A stretch of DNA of 30,373 bases from Deltaproteobacteria bacterium (GTDB lineage Bacteria; Myxococcota; UBA727; VGSZ01), in assembly GCA_016177705.1 (NCBI GenBank), contig JACOUT010000005.1:1-30373 (forward strand), written 5' to 3'. Shown piece after piece: positions 6,672-15,785 of this stretch. The translations under genes and the position numbers were made by a program. The notes below the pieces were generated by a model that made no database searches, had not been told where the DNA came from, and saw only the letters and a list, made by a program, of their open reading frames with translations. Each line of letters starts with the position of its first letter. Within the stretch, counting starts at the first letter, position 1.

Positions 6672-7742
6672 TCACGAGAGCGGCGGCAGCGCGATCACCA
6701 GCAGCTCGGCGGGTGCAGCCGGGTCGTCGCGGTCGACGACGACGTAGGCCTTGCCCGGCTGCGTCTCATCGAGCGCGATGCCCTCGACCTTGTCGGTGAG
6801 CGGCCGGCCGCGCTCGTCGAGGATGGGCACCAGCACGCGGCTGCCGTCGGGCCGGAGCAGGCCGACGGCGGTGCCCTTGACCTCACCGTCGTCGATGGCG
6901 TTGGGGCTCGCCTCGGCCGCAGCGAGGAAGACGAGCCCGAGCGGCGAGGCGGTGGCGTCGGTGAAGGTCAGGCGCGTGCCGTCGACCTCGCCGAGCTGAT
7001 GGGCCACGACGTTCTTGGGGGCGGGCGCCGTGTGCGCGAGCGGCTCGCGCAGGTGGTCGAGTAGCGCCGCCAGTGGCAGGTCGCAGGTGGCGTCGACGGC
7101 GGGGCCGGTCGCATCGGCAGCGCCGTTGCCGCGGTTGAACAGCCGCAGCGTGCCGCCCGGCGCGCCGCCGTGCGCCTCGTCGACGATGGCCATGCCTTCG
7201 ACGTTCAGCTCGCTGCCGGCGAAGGCGCGCGTCGTGCGCAGGCGGGAGAACAGCGCGTGGGCAGGCAGCTCCTCGAGGATGGGGCCGTCCTTGGTGAAGC
7301 GCGTCAGCACCAGCACCTCGCGCGGCGCCGCCGAGCCGGAGCCGATGGCGAGCAGCGCGGGCGCGCCGTCGACGGTGAGCGCGCACACCGCCTCCAGATC
7401 GAGCTTGTCCATCTTGTTGCCGCGCTGCTTGTCGAACTGGCGCACGCCGCCCTTGCCCGGTGGCAGGTCGAGCGCGTCGACGCGCTGGCCCTTCACGTCG
7501 ACGAGCGCGATGAAGCGCGCGTCGTCCTGCACCACCGCCAGGCGCCGGCCGACGCCCGGCACGTCGACGAAGGCGCAGCCCGAGCCCGAGCGCACGTGCG
7601 CGGGTCGGTCGCGCGCGGCGTCGGCGCCGTCGCTGTAACGCAGCTTCCTGCGCGACAGCACGCGCGCGGTCGCGGTCGCGCCGATCGCCTGCGCGCCACG
7701 CGTCGGGGGTAGGGTGCCCGCGCTCCGGGGATCGAGCTTCAT
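6672..7742 (-). CDS. Hypothetical protein, possibly a beta-propeller or phytase-like fold. Function unknown.
   Basis: This is the only frame in this interval with balanced amino-acid composition (K, D, E, F present). The competing ORFs 6883..7779(-) and 7015..7638(+) are Arg- and Ser-rich. It has recurring motifs EGMAIVDE...GG and KVEGIALDE...YVVVDRDD. It lies 64 bp downstream of mltF on the same strand. Confidence 0.55.
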   Translation of the reverse strand: MKLDPRSAGTLPPTRGAQAIGATATARVLSRRKLRYSDGADAARDRPAHVRSGSGCAFVDVPGVGRRLAVVQDDARFIALVDVKGQRVDALDLPPGKGGVRQFDKQRGNKMDKLDLEAVCALTVDGAPALLAIGSGSAAPREVLVLTRFTKDGPILEELPAHALFSRLRTTRAFAGSELNVEGMAIVDEAHGGAPGGTLRLFNRGNGAADATGPAVDATCDLPLAALLDHLREPLAHTAPAPKNVVAHQLGEVDGTRLTFTDATASPLGLVFLAAAEASPNAIDDGEVKGTAVGLLRPDGSRVLVPILDERGRPLTDKVEGIALDETQPGKAYVVVDRDDPAAPAELLVIALPPLS

Positions 7743-7806
7743 GGTCGCCCACGGTAGCCGGCCCAGGCGCCTCGCTCAATCGCCGAGCGGCGAGGTCACT
7801 GCGCCG

Positions 7807-9282
7807 TCATTGTGGGAGCGGGAACACCGAGGCCCAGTTGTCGTAGCGCGACTGGATGTCGCTCACGTACTTGACCGGCTCGCTGCCGCGGCAATAGCCG
7901 TGCGGCATGCGGCGCGCGACCTTGGGATCCTCGAGGCGCAGCATCGCCTTCTCGACGTTGCCGAACCACTTGTTCGGGTCGAGGCCCATCTCCTTCGCGA
8001 GCGCGCGCGCGTCGGCGACGTGGTGCGGGCCGGCGTTGTAGGAGGCGAGCGCGAAGCGCACGCGGTGCTTGAAGGGCAGCTCCGGCTCGAAGCCGGCGAT
8101 GAGCTGCGCCATGTACTTGATGCCGGCGTGCACGTTCTTCTCGGGGGGCCGCACGTCGTGAAAGCCGAGCGCGCGCCCGGTCTTGGGCATCACCTGGAAC
8201 AAGCCGAGCGCGCCGCACCAGCTCTCGGCGTGCTCGTCGAAGAAGCTCTCCTGGTAGGCCTGCGCGGCCATCAGGCGCCAGTCGATGCCGTAGCGCGCCG
8301 CGTACTTCTTGATGAGCGGATCCCACTTGGAGATGGCGCCGGTGGCGCGCACGTCGTGCTGCGCGGGCGCGTTCTTGCTGGGGCGCGCGAAGTACTTCCG
8401 GTGCAGGCGCGCGATGGTGCCCGGGTTCGAGCGAACGAAGGCATCGAGCGCGGCGCGCAGCTCGGGGTTGCTCGGCCGTGTCGCGCAGGCGACCGGCACG
8501 GCGCGCTCGAGCACCAGCGTGGCGACGGCGCCCTTGGTGGCGGCCAGCTCGACGGCGGCGATGGTGCTGTCGGCGACGGTGAGCGGGATGGCGCCGCTCG
8601 CCACCTGCGCGATCAGCTCCTCGGTCTCCACGTCCTCGGGGGCGTCGACCAGCGTGAACCCATGCTGCGCCGCCAGCGGCTCGAGCCGTGCGCGGTACGA
8701 CGACGAGCGGCGCACGTGGACGCTCCGCCCGGCCAGCTCGGCGACGGTGCGCACCGGCGGCTGCCCGGCGGGCTGCACCAGCACCTCGTCGACGGCGAGG
8801 TAGGGCTTGGAGAACGCGACGCGCGCGCTGCGCTCCGGTGTCACGCTCATGCCGGCCGCGATGACGTCGGCGCGACCCTCGAGCAGCCACGGGATGAGGT
8901 CGCTCGCCTGCTCGGGCACCACGGTGTCGACGCGCAGCTTGTGCTTGGCGGCGAAGGCCTTGATGACCTCGAAGTCGAAGCCCTGCTGGACGCCCTTGTA
9001 GAGGAAGAAGCTGGTGGCGTTGTTGCGCACGAGCACGCGGATCGAGCCGCGGCGCTTGAGGTCGGCCAGGTCGCCCGTCGACAGCTCGTCCTTGTGGGCG
9101 GTGAGCGCCGCCTCCATGGCGCCGGCCTCGTCCTCGATGGCGACCTGCGCTTCGGGCGGCGCCGTTGGAGCCACCTGCGCGATCTCGGGATCCGAAGGCT
9201 CGGCGGCGCTCGCGGCAGTGGCCAGGCAGGCGCCGAACAGCGCCCACGACGAAAGCGGCGATTGCCGGCGGCGCGTTCTCAT
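7807..9282 (-). CDS. mltF: Membrane-bound lytic murein transglycosylase F. It has an N-terminal family-3 solute-binding-like domain and a C-terminal SLT lysozyme-like domain.
   Basis: This is an internal ATG of the listed 7807..9405 ORF giving MRTRRRQSPLSSWALFGACLATAASAAEP as signal peptide. The SBP_bac_3-like region is LKRRGSIRVLVRNNATSFFLYKGVQQGFDFEVIKAFAAKHKLRVDTV. The SLT catalytic region is AYQESFFDEHAESWCGALGLFQVMPKTG...YNAG. Confidence 0.85.
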   Translation of the reverse strand: MRTRRRQSPLSSWALFGACLATAASAAEPSDPEIAQVAPTAPPEAQVAIEDEAGAMEAALTAHKDELSTGDLADLKRRGSIRVLVRNNATSFFLYKGVQQGFDFEVIKAFAAKHKLRVDTVVPEQASDLIPWLLEGRADVIAAGMSVTPERSARVAFSKPYLAVDEVLVQPAGQPPVRTVAELAGRSVHVRRSSSYRARLEPLAAQHGFTLVDAPEDVETEELIAQVASGAIPLTVADSTIAAVELAATKGAVATLVLERAVPVACATRPSNPELRAALDAFVRSNPGTIARLHRKYFARPSKNAPAQHDVRATGAISKWDPLIKKYAARYGIDWRLMAAQAYQESFFDEHAESWCGALGLFQVMPKTGRALGFHDVRPPEKNVHAGIKYMAQLIAGFEPELPFKHRVRFALASYNAGPHHVADARALAKEMGLDPNKWFGNVEKAMLRLEDPKVARRMPHGYCRGSEPVKYVSDIQSRYDNWASVFPLPQ

Positions 9283-9389
9283 GGCGCGCAGTCTAGCGCG
9301 GGTCCGCCTCCGCGCCCTGCGAGACCGCACCGGCGTTCCGGCCTCCGCCGCGCCGACAGGATTGGCGGCATGGCTGCTACCGTAGCCGG

Positions 9390-9848
9390 ATGGGCGGTGC
9401 CGCAAAGCCCGGCGACCAGGACGCGCTCGTGACGCGGGAGCCGACGCAGCCCGCAGGGACGGGCCGCGCCGTGACCGCGCGGCGTGGCCGCACCGCCGAT
9501 CAGCTCGACGTCGACGACATCTTGGACGTGCTGCGGCGCCGCAGCCGGCTGTATTTGTACGTCACGCTCGGCAGCGCGCCGCTCGCCGCGGGCCTCGCCG
9601 CCACGCTGTTTCTCGCCGGCATCGACGGCTATCGCGTGGTCGTCGCCGTGGTCGGTGTGCTTCTGGGCACCTACGCGGTCGCGCGCGCGAGCCGGCGCCG
9701 CATGATGCTCGAGCTCGACGTCGATGAAGGTGTGCTCGCGCTCATCGAGCGGGCCGAGCGTGCCCTCAACACGCGCCGCATGCGGCGCATCGATCGCGCC
9801 TATGCAGAAGAAGTGCTCGCTCGCGTGCGAGAGTCGTGGCGCACCTGA
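9390..9848 (+). CDS. Hypothetical small membrane protein with two predicted TM helices.
   Basis: It has high GC3, a hydrophobic stretch LYLYVTLGSAPLAAGLAATLFLAGIDGYRVVVAVVGVLLGTYAV, and a charged C-terminus. It is divergent from mltF with a ~107 bp spacer. There is no recognisable family. Confidence 0.45.
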   Translation: MGGAAKPGDQDALVTREPTQPAGTGRAVTARRGRTADQLDVDDILDVLRRRSRLYLYVTLGSAPLAAGLAATLFLAGIDGYRVVVAVVGVLLGTYAVARASRRRMMLELDVDEGVLALIERAERALNTRRMRRIDRAYAEEVLARVRESWRT

Positions 9849-9869
9849 TCTGCAGCATGAGGACCAAGT

Positions 9870-11453
9870 TCACGGCGCTCGATCGGTGGCGCTGAGGGGC
9901 TGACCGAGCGCTGCGGGCGGCGTCAGCGCCGCCAACGCGCGCAACGCCTCGACCAACGCCGGCGCCATCCCCGGCCCTATCGAGTTCTGCTCACCGTACT
10001 GGCCCTCCGGGTCGTAGGCGAACGGCTCGTCGACGTCCCACTGGGGCGCCGGGATGATGTAGCCGAGCGCGTCGCCGGCGTTGTTCAGCACCACGCGCAC
10101 CGGTGCTTCGCGCACCAGGCCGGAGTAGGCGGGCTCGGGCTCGGCGTCGGGAAGATCGCCACCCTCGGGGCGCTCGACGAAGGACGTGCCGTCCTCCTTG
10201 GCCAGCCACAGCTCGCTGTACAGCTCGCCCGGCATGCCGGTCAGCTCGACGTCGCCGAGCGAGAGCGACGACACCTCGCTGCCGATGCGGATCTTGCCCG
10301 CGATGACGTCGTCGATGGAGAGGAACTCGAGCTGGTCGTCGGGGATGCGCTCGCCCTGCTCGTCCCAGACCGCGCGTCGGATCATGCCGAGCTGGAAGGC
10401 GAGCGCCAGCGGCGTGTTGGTCGGCGTCAGGAAGGTGCCGAGGCGGCGGAAGGCGAGCGCGCCGTCGACGAGGGGCGCGTCCAGCACCGACTCGGCAGCG
10501 ATCTGCCCCACCTCGCGGCCGATGCGCTCGGCGCGCTCGAAGGTCCCCTGGGGACAGGTCTCTGCGCCGGCGTCGTCGGGGCACACGGTCAACCCGATGG
10601 TGGTGGTGAGGCCGCCGAGCAGTCCGGGCGCGAAGATGGCGACGGTGCCCGGCAGGCGCGCCTCCACCTCCTCGCGCAGGAAGTGCGGGTAGTCGCTGGT
10701 CAAAAGCGTGTTGTCGGAGCCGAGCGCCTCGGGGTGGTTGCCCCACACGACCAGCGTGGCGCGCGAGCCGCCCTGCTCGTCGACGAAGTCGAGCGCGGTC
10801 ACGGTCGGATCGAGCACGATCGGTTGGCGGCTGTCGCGCACCCAGGGCGAAGCGTCGCCGCGCCCGACCCGCAGCGACACCGGCACCAGCGCCGCGCGCG
10901 CCTCGGCCAGCGCCGCCACCGACTCGTCGACCAGGCGCTGCATGTAGGTGGGGTCGATGCCGGTTGCGCCCACGCTCGAGCCCCACATGCCCATGGTGTC
11001 CTTGGCCTCGTGCACGTGCGTGGTGGCGACGACGATGGTGTCGAGCTCGAGGCCGGCGTCGAGCGTGGCGCTGCGGAGCCGCTGCACCTCGTCGTGAAAC
11101 AGCCCGACCAGATCGAGCACCACCAGGCCGACGGCGGTGTCGCCGCGCTCGAGAACGAGCGCGCGCGCCCATTGGTCGTCGTGCACGCCGGTCGCTTGGC
11201 GGCCGATGTCGAAGCCGGCCATCCACACCGGCGGGTCGTTCTCGCCGACCGGCGGCGTGATGGTGCGGGCGGCGGCGCCGGCCAGGAGCAGGCCGTCGGC
11301 GTGCGCGCAGCCGACGGCGCCCGGGCACACCAGCGCCGTTGTCAGGCCACGCGCATCGACGATCACCGAGGTGTCCATCACGGCCGGCGGCGGCTGGCTC
11401 TCGGGGCAGCCCGCGACGACGACGGCGGTGACGGCGATCGATAGCAGGCGCAT
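9870..11453 (-). CDS. Lipoprotein resembling the neutral/alkaline ceramidase N-terminal domain family.
   Basis: This is an internal ATG of the listed 9870..11558 ORF. MRLLSIAVTAVVVAGC is a signal peptide with lipobox. ARTITPPVGENDPPVWMAGFDIGRQATGVHDDQWARALVLERGDTAVGLVVLDLVG and TTHVHEAKDT follow the pattern of ceramidase-N-like hydrolases. The family call is from memory of the motif pattern only. Confidence 0.6.
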   Translation of the reverse strand: MRLLSIAVTAVVVAGCPESQPPPAVMDTSVIVDARGLTTALVCPGAVGCAHADGLLLAGAAARTITPPVGENDPPVWMAGFDIGRQATGVHDDQWARALVLERGDTAVGLVVLDLVGLFHDEVQRLRSATLDAGLELDTIVVATTHVHEAKDTMGMWGSSVGATGIDPTYMQRLVDESVAALAEARAALVPVSLRVGRGDASPWVRDSRQPIVLDPTVTALDFVDEQGGSRATLVVWGNHPEALGSDNTLLTSDYPHFLREEVEARLPGTVAIFAPGLLGGLTTTIGLTVCPDDAGAETCPQGTFERAERIGREVGQIAAESVLDAPLVDGALAFRRLGTFLTPTNTPLALAFQLGMIRRAVWDEQGERIPDDQLEFLSIDDVIAGKIRIGSEVSSLSLGDVELTGMPGELYSELWLAKEDGTSFVERPEGGDLPDAEPEPAYSGLVREAPVRVVLNNAGDALGYIIPAPQWDVDEPFAYDPEGQYGEQNSIGPGMAPALVEALRALAALTPPAALGQPLSATDRAP

Positions 11454-11499
11454 CGCGCCCAGGATGCCGCAGCGTGTGCGGTGTGCAAGGCGGTGCGAC

Positions 11500-12969
11500 T
11501 CACCACTGCGGCGTCGGCACCTCGTCGACGCAGCCGAGTTCGAGCACCGCAGGGTCATGGTCGCCGAGCAGGAACTGCTCGATCAGCTCGGCGCCGCAGG
11601 GCGTGATCATCACGCTATGCGTCGCGTGCGGCAGCACCACGTGGCGAGCGTTCGCCAGCGTCTCGAGGGCGTGCTCCGCCATCTCGGGCGGCGTCTGGAT
11701 GTCGGCGGCGCCGCTCAACAACAAGGTGGGGACGTCGCTGACCACGGGCGCGCGCAGCGCGGCATCGAGCGGCGGCGCGTCGAGCGCCGCACAGGCCTCG
11801 GCGATCTCGAGCAGGTGGCCGTCACCCCAGGAGAGTCCATCGGCGAGGTCGCGCAGCGCATCGAGGCCGCCCGCGTTCGGCAGCGACTCGGTGCAGGTGA
11901 CGTACAGGTACAAGCCCGGCGCGACGTAGGAGGCGTTCAAGTCCGCGCGGTCGCTGATGGTGACGCCGAACAGGTCGCCGAGCAGCGCGTTCCAACCGTC
12001 GTTGTCTCCGCTCACGGCGGCATGCACGGCCCGCGGTACGTCGGAGCGCCAGTAGGAGTCTTCCACCAGATACGACAGCGCCAGCACGAACAGCGCGTCG
12101 TCCTCGACGTCGGGCGCGCCGCCGGCGGTGATACGCCGTGGCTCCTCGGCGAGCGCGGCGCGGCGGGCCTCGAGATCGGCGCGCAGGTCGGGGCTGACCG
12201 CGACGCACGCAGGGTCGGCGGCGCAGTCATCGATCAACAGCTCGATGCCGACGTCGGCCTTGCCGAGCGTCCAGCCAAAGAAGTCGGCGTCCGGCGGATC
12301 GACGCCGTCGAGCACGGCCGCCTCCACCACGGCGCCGTGTTGCCGCAGCACCTCGAGGCCGACGCGGGTGCCGTAGGAGCCGCCGCGTAACGCGATGGTC
12401 GGGTAGCCGAGCGCGCGGCGAACCCGGTCGACGTCGTGCGCGGCCTCGACGCTGCCGAGCCCGCGCACGTCACCGAGCGCGCGAAGGCAGGCTTCGTTGC
12501 CGGCGCGATCCTGCGGGAAGTCGCCGTCGGGGCAATCGAGGTAGCCGGAGAAGCCGGTCCCTCGTTGGTCGACGTAGACCAGATCGAGATCGTCGCGCAG
12601 CCCGCCGAGCAACTGCGGCACCAGGCCGCTCTGTGTCACCGCCGAGCCACCCGGCCCGCCGGCGAGCTGGAACACCGCGCGGCCGGTGGGGAAGGCGCGC
12701 GAGCGCTGGCGAGCGACGAAGATGGTGGTGGTGCCCGCGTCGGGATCGCCGAGCACGCGTTGCACCTCGAGCGTGCCGCACTCGAGGTCCGAGGGTGGGT
12801 TCGGCATGGCGCTCGGCCACGCGGCGAAGTCGCAGGCGCCGAGCGCCAGCTCGCCGATCGGATCTGCGACATCGTCACTACCCTCGTCGATGGGGTCGGG
12901 CGGCGCGGCGCTCGGTAGGCACGAGAGCGCGTACAGAGGTGTTAGGGCAGCGAACAACGTTGAGCGCAT
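11500..12969 (-). CDS. Alpha/beta-hydrolase lipoprotein, S33 prolyl or tripeptidyl aminopeptidase-like.
   Basis: The nucleophile elbow is GGSYG in IALRGGSYGTRVGLE. LAGGPGGS is upstream. The signal peptide MRSTLFAALTPLYALSC has an LSC lipobox, with an alternative ATG 7 codons upstream at 12990. It lies 46 bp upstream of the ceramidase-like gene on the same strand. Confidence 0.75.
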   Translation of the reverse strand: MRSTLFAALTPLYALSCLPSAAPPDPIDEGSDDVADPIGELALGACDFAAWPSAMPNPPSDLECGTLEVQRVLGDPDAGTTTIFVARQRSRAFPTGRAVFQLAGGPGGSAVTQSGLVPQLLGGLRDDLDLVYVDQRGTGFSGYLDCPDGDFPQDRAGNEACLRALGDVRGLGSVEAAHDVDRVRRALGYPTIALRGGSYGTRVGLEVLRQHGAVVEAAVLDGVDPPDADFFGWTLGKADVGIELLIDDCAADPACVAVSPDLRADLEARRAALAEEPRRITAGGAPDVEDDALFVLALSYLVEDSYWRSDVPRAVHAAVSGDNDGWNALLGDLFGVTISDRADLNASYVAPGLYLYVTCTESLPNAGGLDALRDLADGLSWGDGHLLEIAEACAALDAPPLDAALRAPVVSDVPTLLLSGAADIQTPPEMAEHALETLANARHVVLPHATHSVMITPCGAELIEQFLLGDHDPAVLELGCVDEVPTPQW

Positions 12970-13106
12970 GAGGGAGCCGCACAGCAGCATTCGCGCCAGG
13001 TGGAGGCGTCAGACGCACATGTCAGGTGCCCCCGGCGCTGCGCCTCTCCACCCGTGGACCGGAGGGCAGGGCGCGCTTGGCCCGGTACCATGGACCAAGG
13101 AGCCCG

Positions 13107-13775
13107 ATGTCCGACGAGCCGCCTCCGGCCAAGACTCCGGCGACCTTCCCGCTGGGCGCGCGTGTGCGCTCGATCGACGACGCCGTGGCGCGCGAGCTGC
13201 TCGCCAACGCGCGCGACGAGCTGGTTCGCGATGGCGGGCTCGGCCTCGGACTGGTGGTCGGTGTCACGGCGAGCGCGTTCCTGCTCGGCGGCGTCGGCGT
13301 CGGCGTCGCGGCGCTGGCGCTCTCTCCCATCGGCGCGCTCGAGCTGGCGCGGCGCTTCGCCATCCGCCGCCGCCGCCGCCGCTGCAAGGAGCTGGGCGTC
13401 GACGCGCACGAGGCCGATCGCCTGTTTGCGCGCGTCGACCTGTTACGGCACGTCGCGCTCTTTCACTCGCTGACGTCGGCCGAACAGGCCGCGCTGGTGG
13501 CGCGCATCGTCGCCGGCGACCTACGCGACACCGGCACGCACGGCGCCATCGCCTCGTCGAAGGAGCCGTGCCCCAAGTGCGGCGAGCCCGGCATCGAGGT
13601 GGTGCGGTTGCTCACCTGGACCAGCAGGGACGAGGACGGCACGCGCACGCGCGGCGCGACGTCGTACGCGCGTTGCACGCTGTGCACGGCGCGCCTCAAG
13701 ATGGAGATCGGCTGGCCCTGGGAGGTGGTGTCGCACGCCGAGTGGGAGCAGCGCGCGCGTTCGAGCGAAGAGTAA
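13107..13775 (+). CDS. Hypothetical membrane-associated protein with a C-terminal CxxC...CxxC zinc-ribbon.
   Basis: This is an internal ATG of the listed 13026..13775 ORF, with SD AAGGAG 4 nt upstream. A TM segment GGLGLGLVVGVTASAFLLGGVGVGVAALAL is followed by CPKCGE...CTLCTA. The segment LLRHVALFHSLTSAEQAALVARI resembles the start of a cNMP-binding domain, but the domain is not complete. Confidence 0.55.
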   Translation: MSDEPPPAKTPATFPLGARVRSIDDAVARELLANARDELVRDGGLGLGLVVGVTASAFLLGGVGVGVAALALSPIGALELARRFAIRRRRRRCKELGVDAHEADRLFARVDLLRHVALFHSLTSAEQAALVARIVAGDLRDTGTHGAIASSKEPCPKCGEPGIEVVRLLTWTSRDEDGTRTRGATSYARCTLCTARLKMEIGWPWEVVSHAEWEQRARSSEE

Positions 13776-13784
13776 CGGCATGCG

Positions 13785-14321
13785 TCAGCGCAGGAGCCGG
13801 TGCACGTGCTCCTCGAGCAGCCGGTGATCCGCCAGGGCGAAACCCTCGTTGCGCTGCACGATGAAGCCCTCGGCGTCGAACAGCATGGTGGTGGGTAGGC
13901 CCTGCAGCTTGAAGCGCGCGCGCACCGCGCCGCTCTTGTCCCACGCCACCTTGAAGTGCGGCCGCATCGACGCCCAGAAGCGCCGCGCCGCCACCGGGTC
14001 GTCGTCGACCGAGACCGCGATGACGTCGAGGCCGTCGCCCTGATAGGTGCGAAAGAGCTGATCGAGGTGCGGGAACGCCATGCGACAGGGCGCGCACCAG
14101 GAGGCCCAGAAGTCGATGAGCGTGACGCTGCCGAGCATCGGCGGCGTCGGCACCGGCGCGCCGGCGAAGTCGACCAGCCCCGCGAGCGGGTGGACGTTGT
14201 CGGCGACGGGAAGCTGCTCGGGCGCGGAGGCGCAGGCCGCGAGCGCGCCGGCGCCGCCGACCAGCAAGGCGCGGCGCGACAGCAGGGTCGCGCGCGGGGT
14301 CTTTGCTCGCGGCGTGGTCAC
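13785..14321 (-). CDS. TlpA/ResA-like thiol:disulfide oxidoreductase lipoprotein (thioredoxin fold, CxxC).
   Basis: WASWCAPC is the active site. The N-terminus VTTPRAKTPRATLLSRRALLVGGAGALAAC is a signal with lipobox and an RR motif. It is the last 178 codons of the listed 13785..15641 ORF. The remaining 440 codons overlap mpl out of frame and are Arg-rich. The GTG start overlaps the mpl TGA stop (GTGA). Confidence 0.75.
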   Translation of the reverse strand: MTTPRAKTPRATLLSRRALLVGGAGALAACASAPEQLPVADNVHPLAGLVDFAGAPVPTPPMLGSVTLIDFWASWCAPCRMAFPHLDQLFRTYQGDGLDVIAVSVDDDPVAARRFWASMRPHFKVAWDKSGAVRARFKLQGLPTTMLFDAEGFIVQRNEGFALADHRLLEEHVHRLLR

Positions 14322-15772
14322 GCGCGGCTCCGCGCTCGTTCGCCGAGCGCGCTCAAGAGCTTGTCGTGAATGCCGCCAAAGCCGCCATTCGACATGCACA
14401 GCAACACCGCGCCGCGCGGCGCCTCCTTCACCACGTGGCGTACCAGCTCCTCGATGGACGCGCAGGCGGTGGCGGGACGCCCGCGCATGCCGACGTCGGC
14501 GGCCAGCTTGGCGACGTCGAGCGCGACGGTCGGGTCGAGCTGCCGCCCCGAGGGCGCCAGCAGCACGCGATCGGCCGCGTCGAAGGCGCGCGCGTAGTCG
14601 TCCTGAAAGATCTTGCGGCAGCTCGTCGCCGAGCGCGGTTCGAACAGCGCCCACAAGGGCCGCCCGGCGAAGCGCTTCTTGGCGCCCTCGAGCGTGCTGC
14701 GCACCGCGGTGGGGTGGTGCGCGAAGTCGTCGACCACCAGGCAGGCGTCCGCCTCGCCGCGCTGCTCGAGGCGACGCTTGACGCCGGGGAAGCTCTCGAA
14801 GCCGAGCGCGATCTCGTCGTGCGTCAGCCCGAGGCCGGCGAGCACCGCGTAGGCGCCGAGCGCGTTCAGCAGGTTGTGGCGGCCCGACAGCGGCAGGAAG
14901 ATCTCGCCCTCGTCGCCGCCCATGGCCGACATCACGCCGGTGGTGTGCGCGCCGAACGACACCACGAAGCGCAGCCCGCGCTCGTCTTCCACGACGTCGT
15001 GCGCGTCGTAGCTGCCGCCCGCGCCGTAGCTGGTGACGCGCGCCTTGACCGAGGCCTGCGCGCGCGCCTTCATCAGGTTGCGCTCCTCGGCGCACAAGAC
15101 GATGTGTCCGTCCGCCGGCACCAGGCTCAACAGCTCGGCGAAGCGGGCGATGATGGCGTCGACGCTCGGGTAGATGTCGGCGTGGTCGTACTCGAGCGAG
15201 GTGCACAGGAGCGAGCGCGGTCGGTAGTGGAGGAACTTCGGTCCCTTGTCGAAGTAGGCGGTGTCGTACTCGTCGCCCTCGACGACGAAGGGCGAGCGCT
15301 TGCCGGGCGCGCCCAGCCGAAACGACTCGCCGCCCGAGCCGTCGGCGTTGAGCGGGATGCCGCCGACCAGGAAGCCCGGATCGCGCTTGGTCTTCATCAG
15401 CGTGTGCGCGATCAACGTCGCCGTGGTGGTCTTGCCGTGCGTGCCGGCCACCACCACGCTGTTGCGCTCGGCCAAAAACAGCTTGCCGAGCGTCTCGGGG
15501 AACGAGGCTTGCGCCAGGCCCCGCTCGCGCGCGGCGGTCGCCTCCGGGTTGTCCCTCCGGATCACGTTGCCGACGACGGTCAAGTCGGGCGCCGGCTCGA
15601 GGTTGGTTGCAGCGTAGGGCGTCTTCGCGTCGATGCCCCACTCGCGCAGCTTGTCGCTCATCGGCGGATAGACGTTCTCGTCCGAGCCGCCGACCTGGTA
15701 GCCGGCCTGCCGCAACAGCCCGGCAAAGGCGCCCATGCCGGTCCCGGCCACGCCGATCAGATGGATGCGCAT
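14318..15772 (-). CDS. mpl: UDP-N-acetylmuramate:L-alanyl-gamma-D-glutamyl-meso-diaminopimelate ligase (murein peptide ligase).
   Basis: It is collinear with E. coli Mpl along its length: MRIHLIGVAGTGMGAFAGLL, YPPMSDKL, VVAGTHGKTTT (P-loop), VVEGDEYDTAYFDKGPKF, LEYDHADI, DDFAHHPTA, MSNGGFGGIHDKLL. Confidence 0.85.
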   Translation of the reverse strand: MRIHLIGVAGTGMGAFAGLLRQAGYQVGGSDENVYPPMSDKLREWGIDAKTPYAATNLEPAPDLTVVGNVIRRDNPEATAARERGLAQASFPETLGKLFLAERNSVVVAGTHGKTTTATLIAHTLMKTKRDPGFLVGGIPLNADGSGGESFRLGAPGKRSPFVVEGDEYDTAYFDKGPKFLHYRPRSLLCTSLEYDHADIYPSVDAIIARFAELLSLVPADGHIVLCAEERNLMKARAQASVKARVTSYGAGGSYDAHDVVEDERGLRFVVSFGAHTTGVMSAMGGDEGEIFLPLSGRHNLLNALGAYAVLAGLGLTHDEIALGFESFPGVKRRLEQRGEADACLVVDDFAHHPTAVRSTLEGAKKRFAGRPLWALFEPRSATSCRKIFQDDYARAFDAADRVLLAPSGRQLDPTVALDVAKLAADVGMRGRPATACASIEELVRHVVKEAPRGAVLLCMSNGGFGGIHDKLLSALGERARSRA

Positions 15773-15785
15773 GGCGCCAGATACC

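Noticed and set aside
6883-7779. The 298-aa Arg-rich minus ORF competing with the 6672..7742 hypothetical protein.
   Set aside because: It is about 30% Arg with no hydrophobic core. The other frame has a balanced composition and recurring sequence motifs.
14322-15641. The upstream 440 codons of the listed 13785..15641 minus ORF.
   Set aside because: Only the last 178 codons (the TlpA-like thioredoxin with WASWCAPC) are protein-like. The rest overlaps mpl in another frame and is poly-Arg/Gly.
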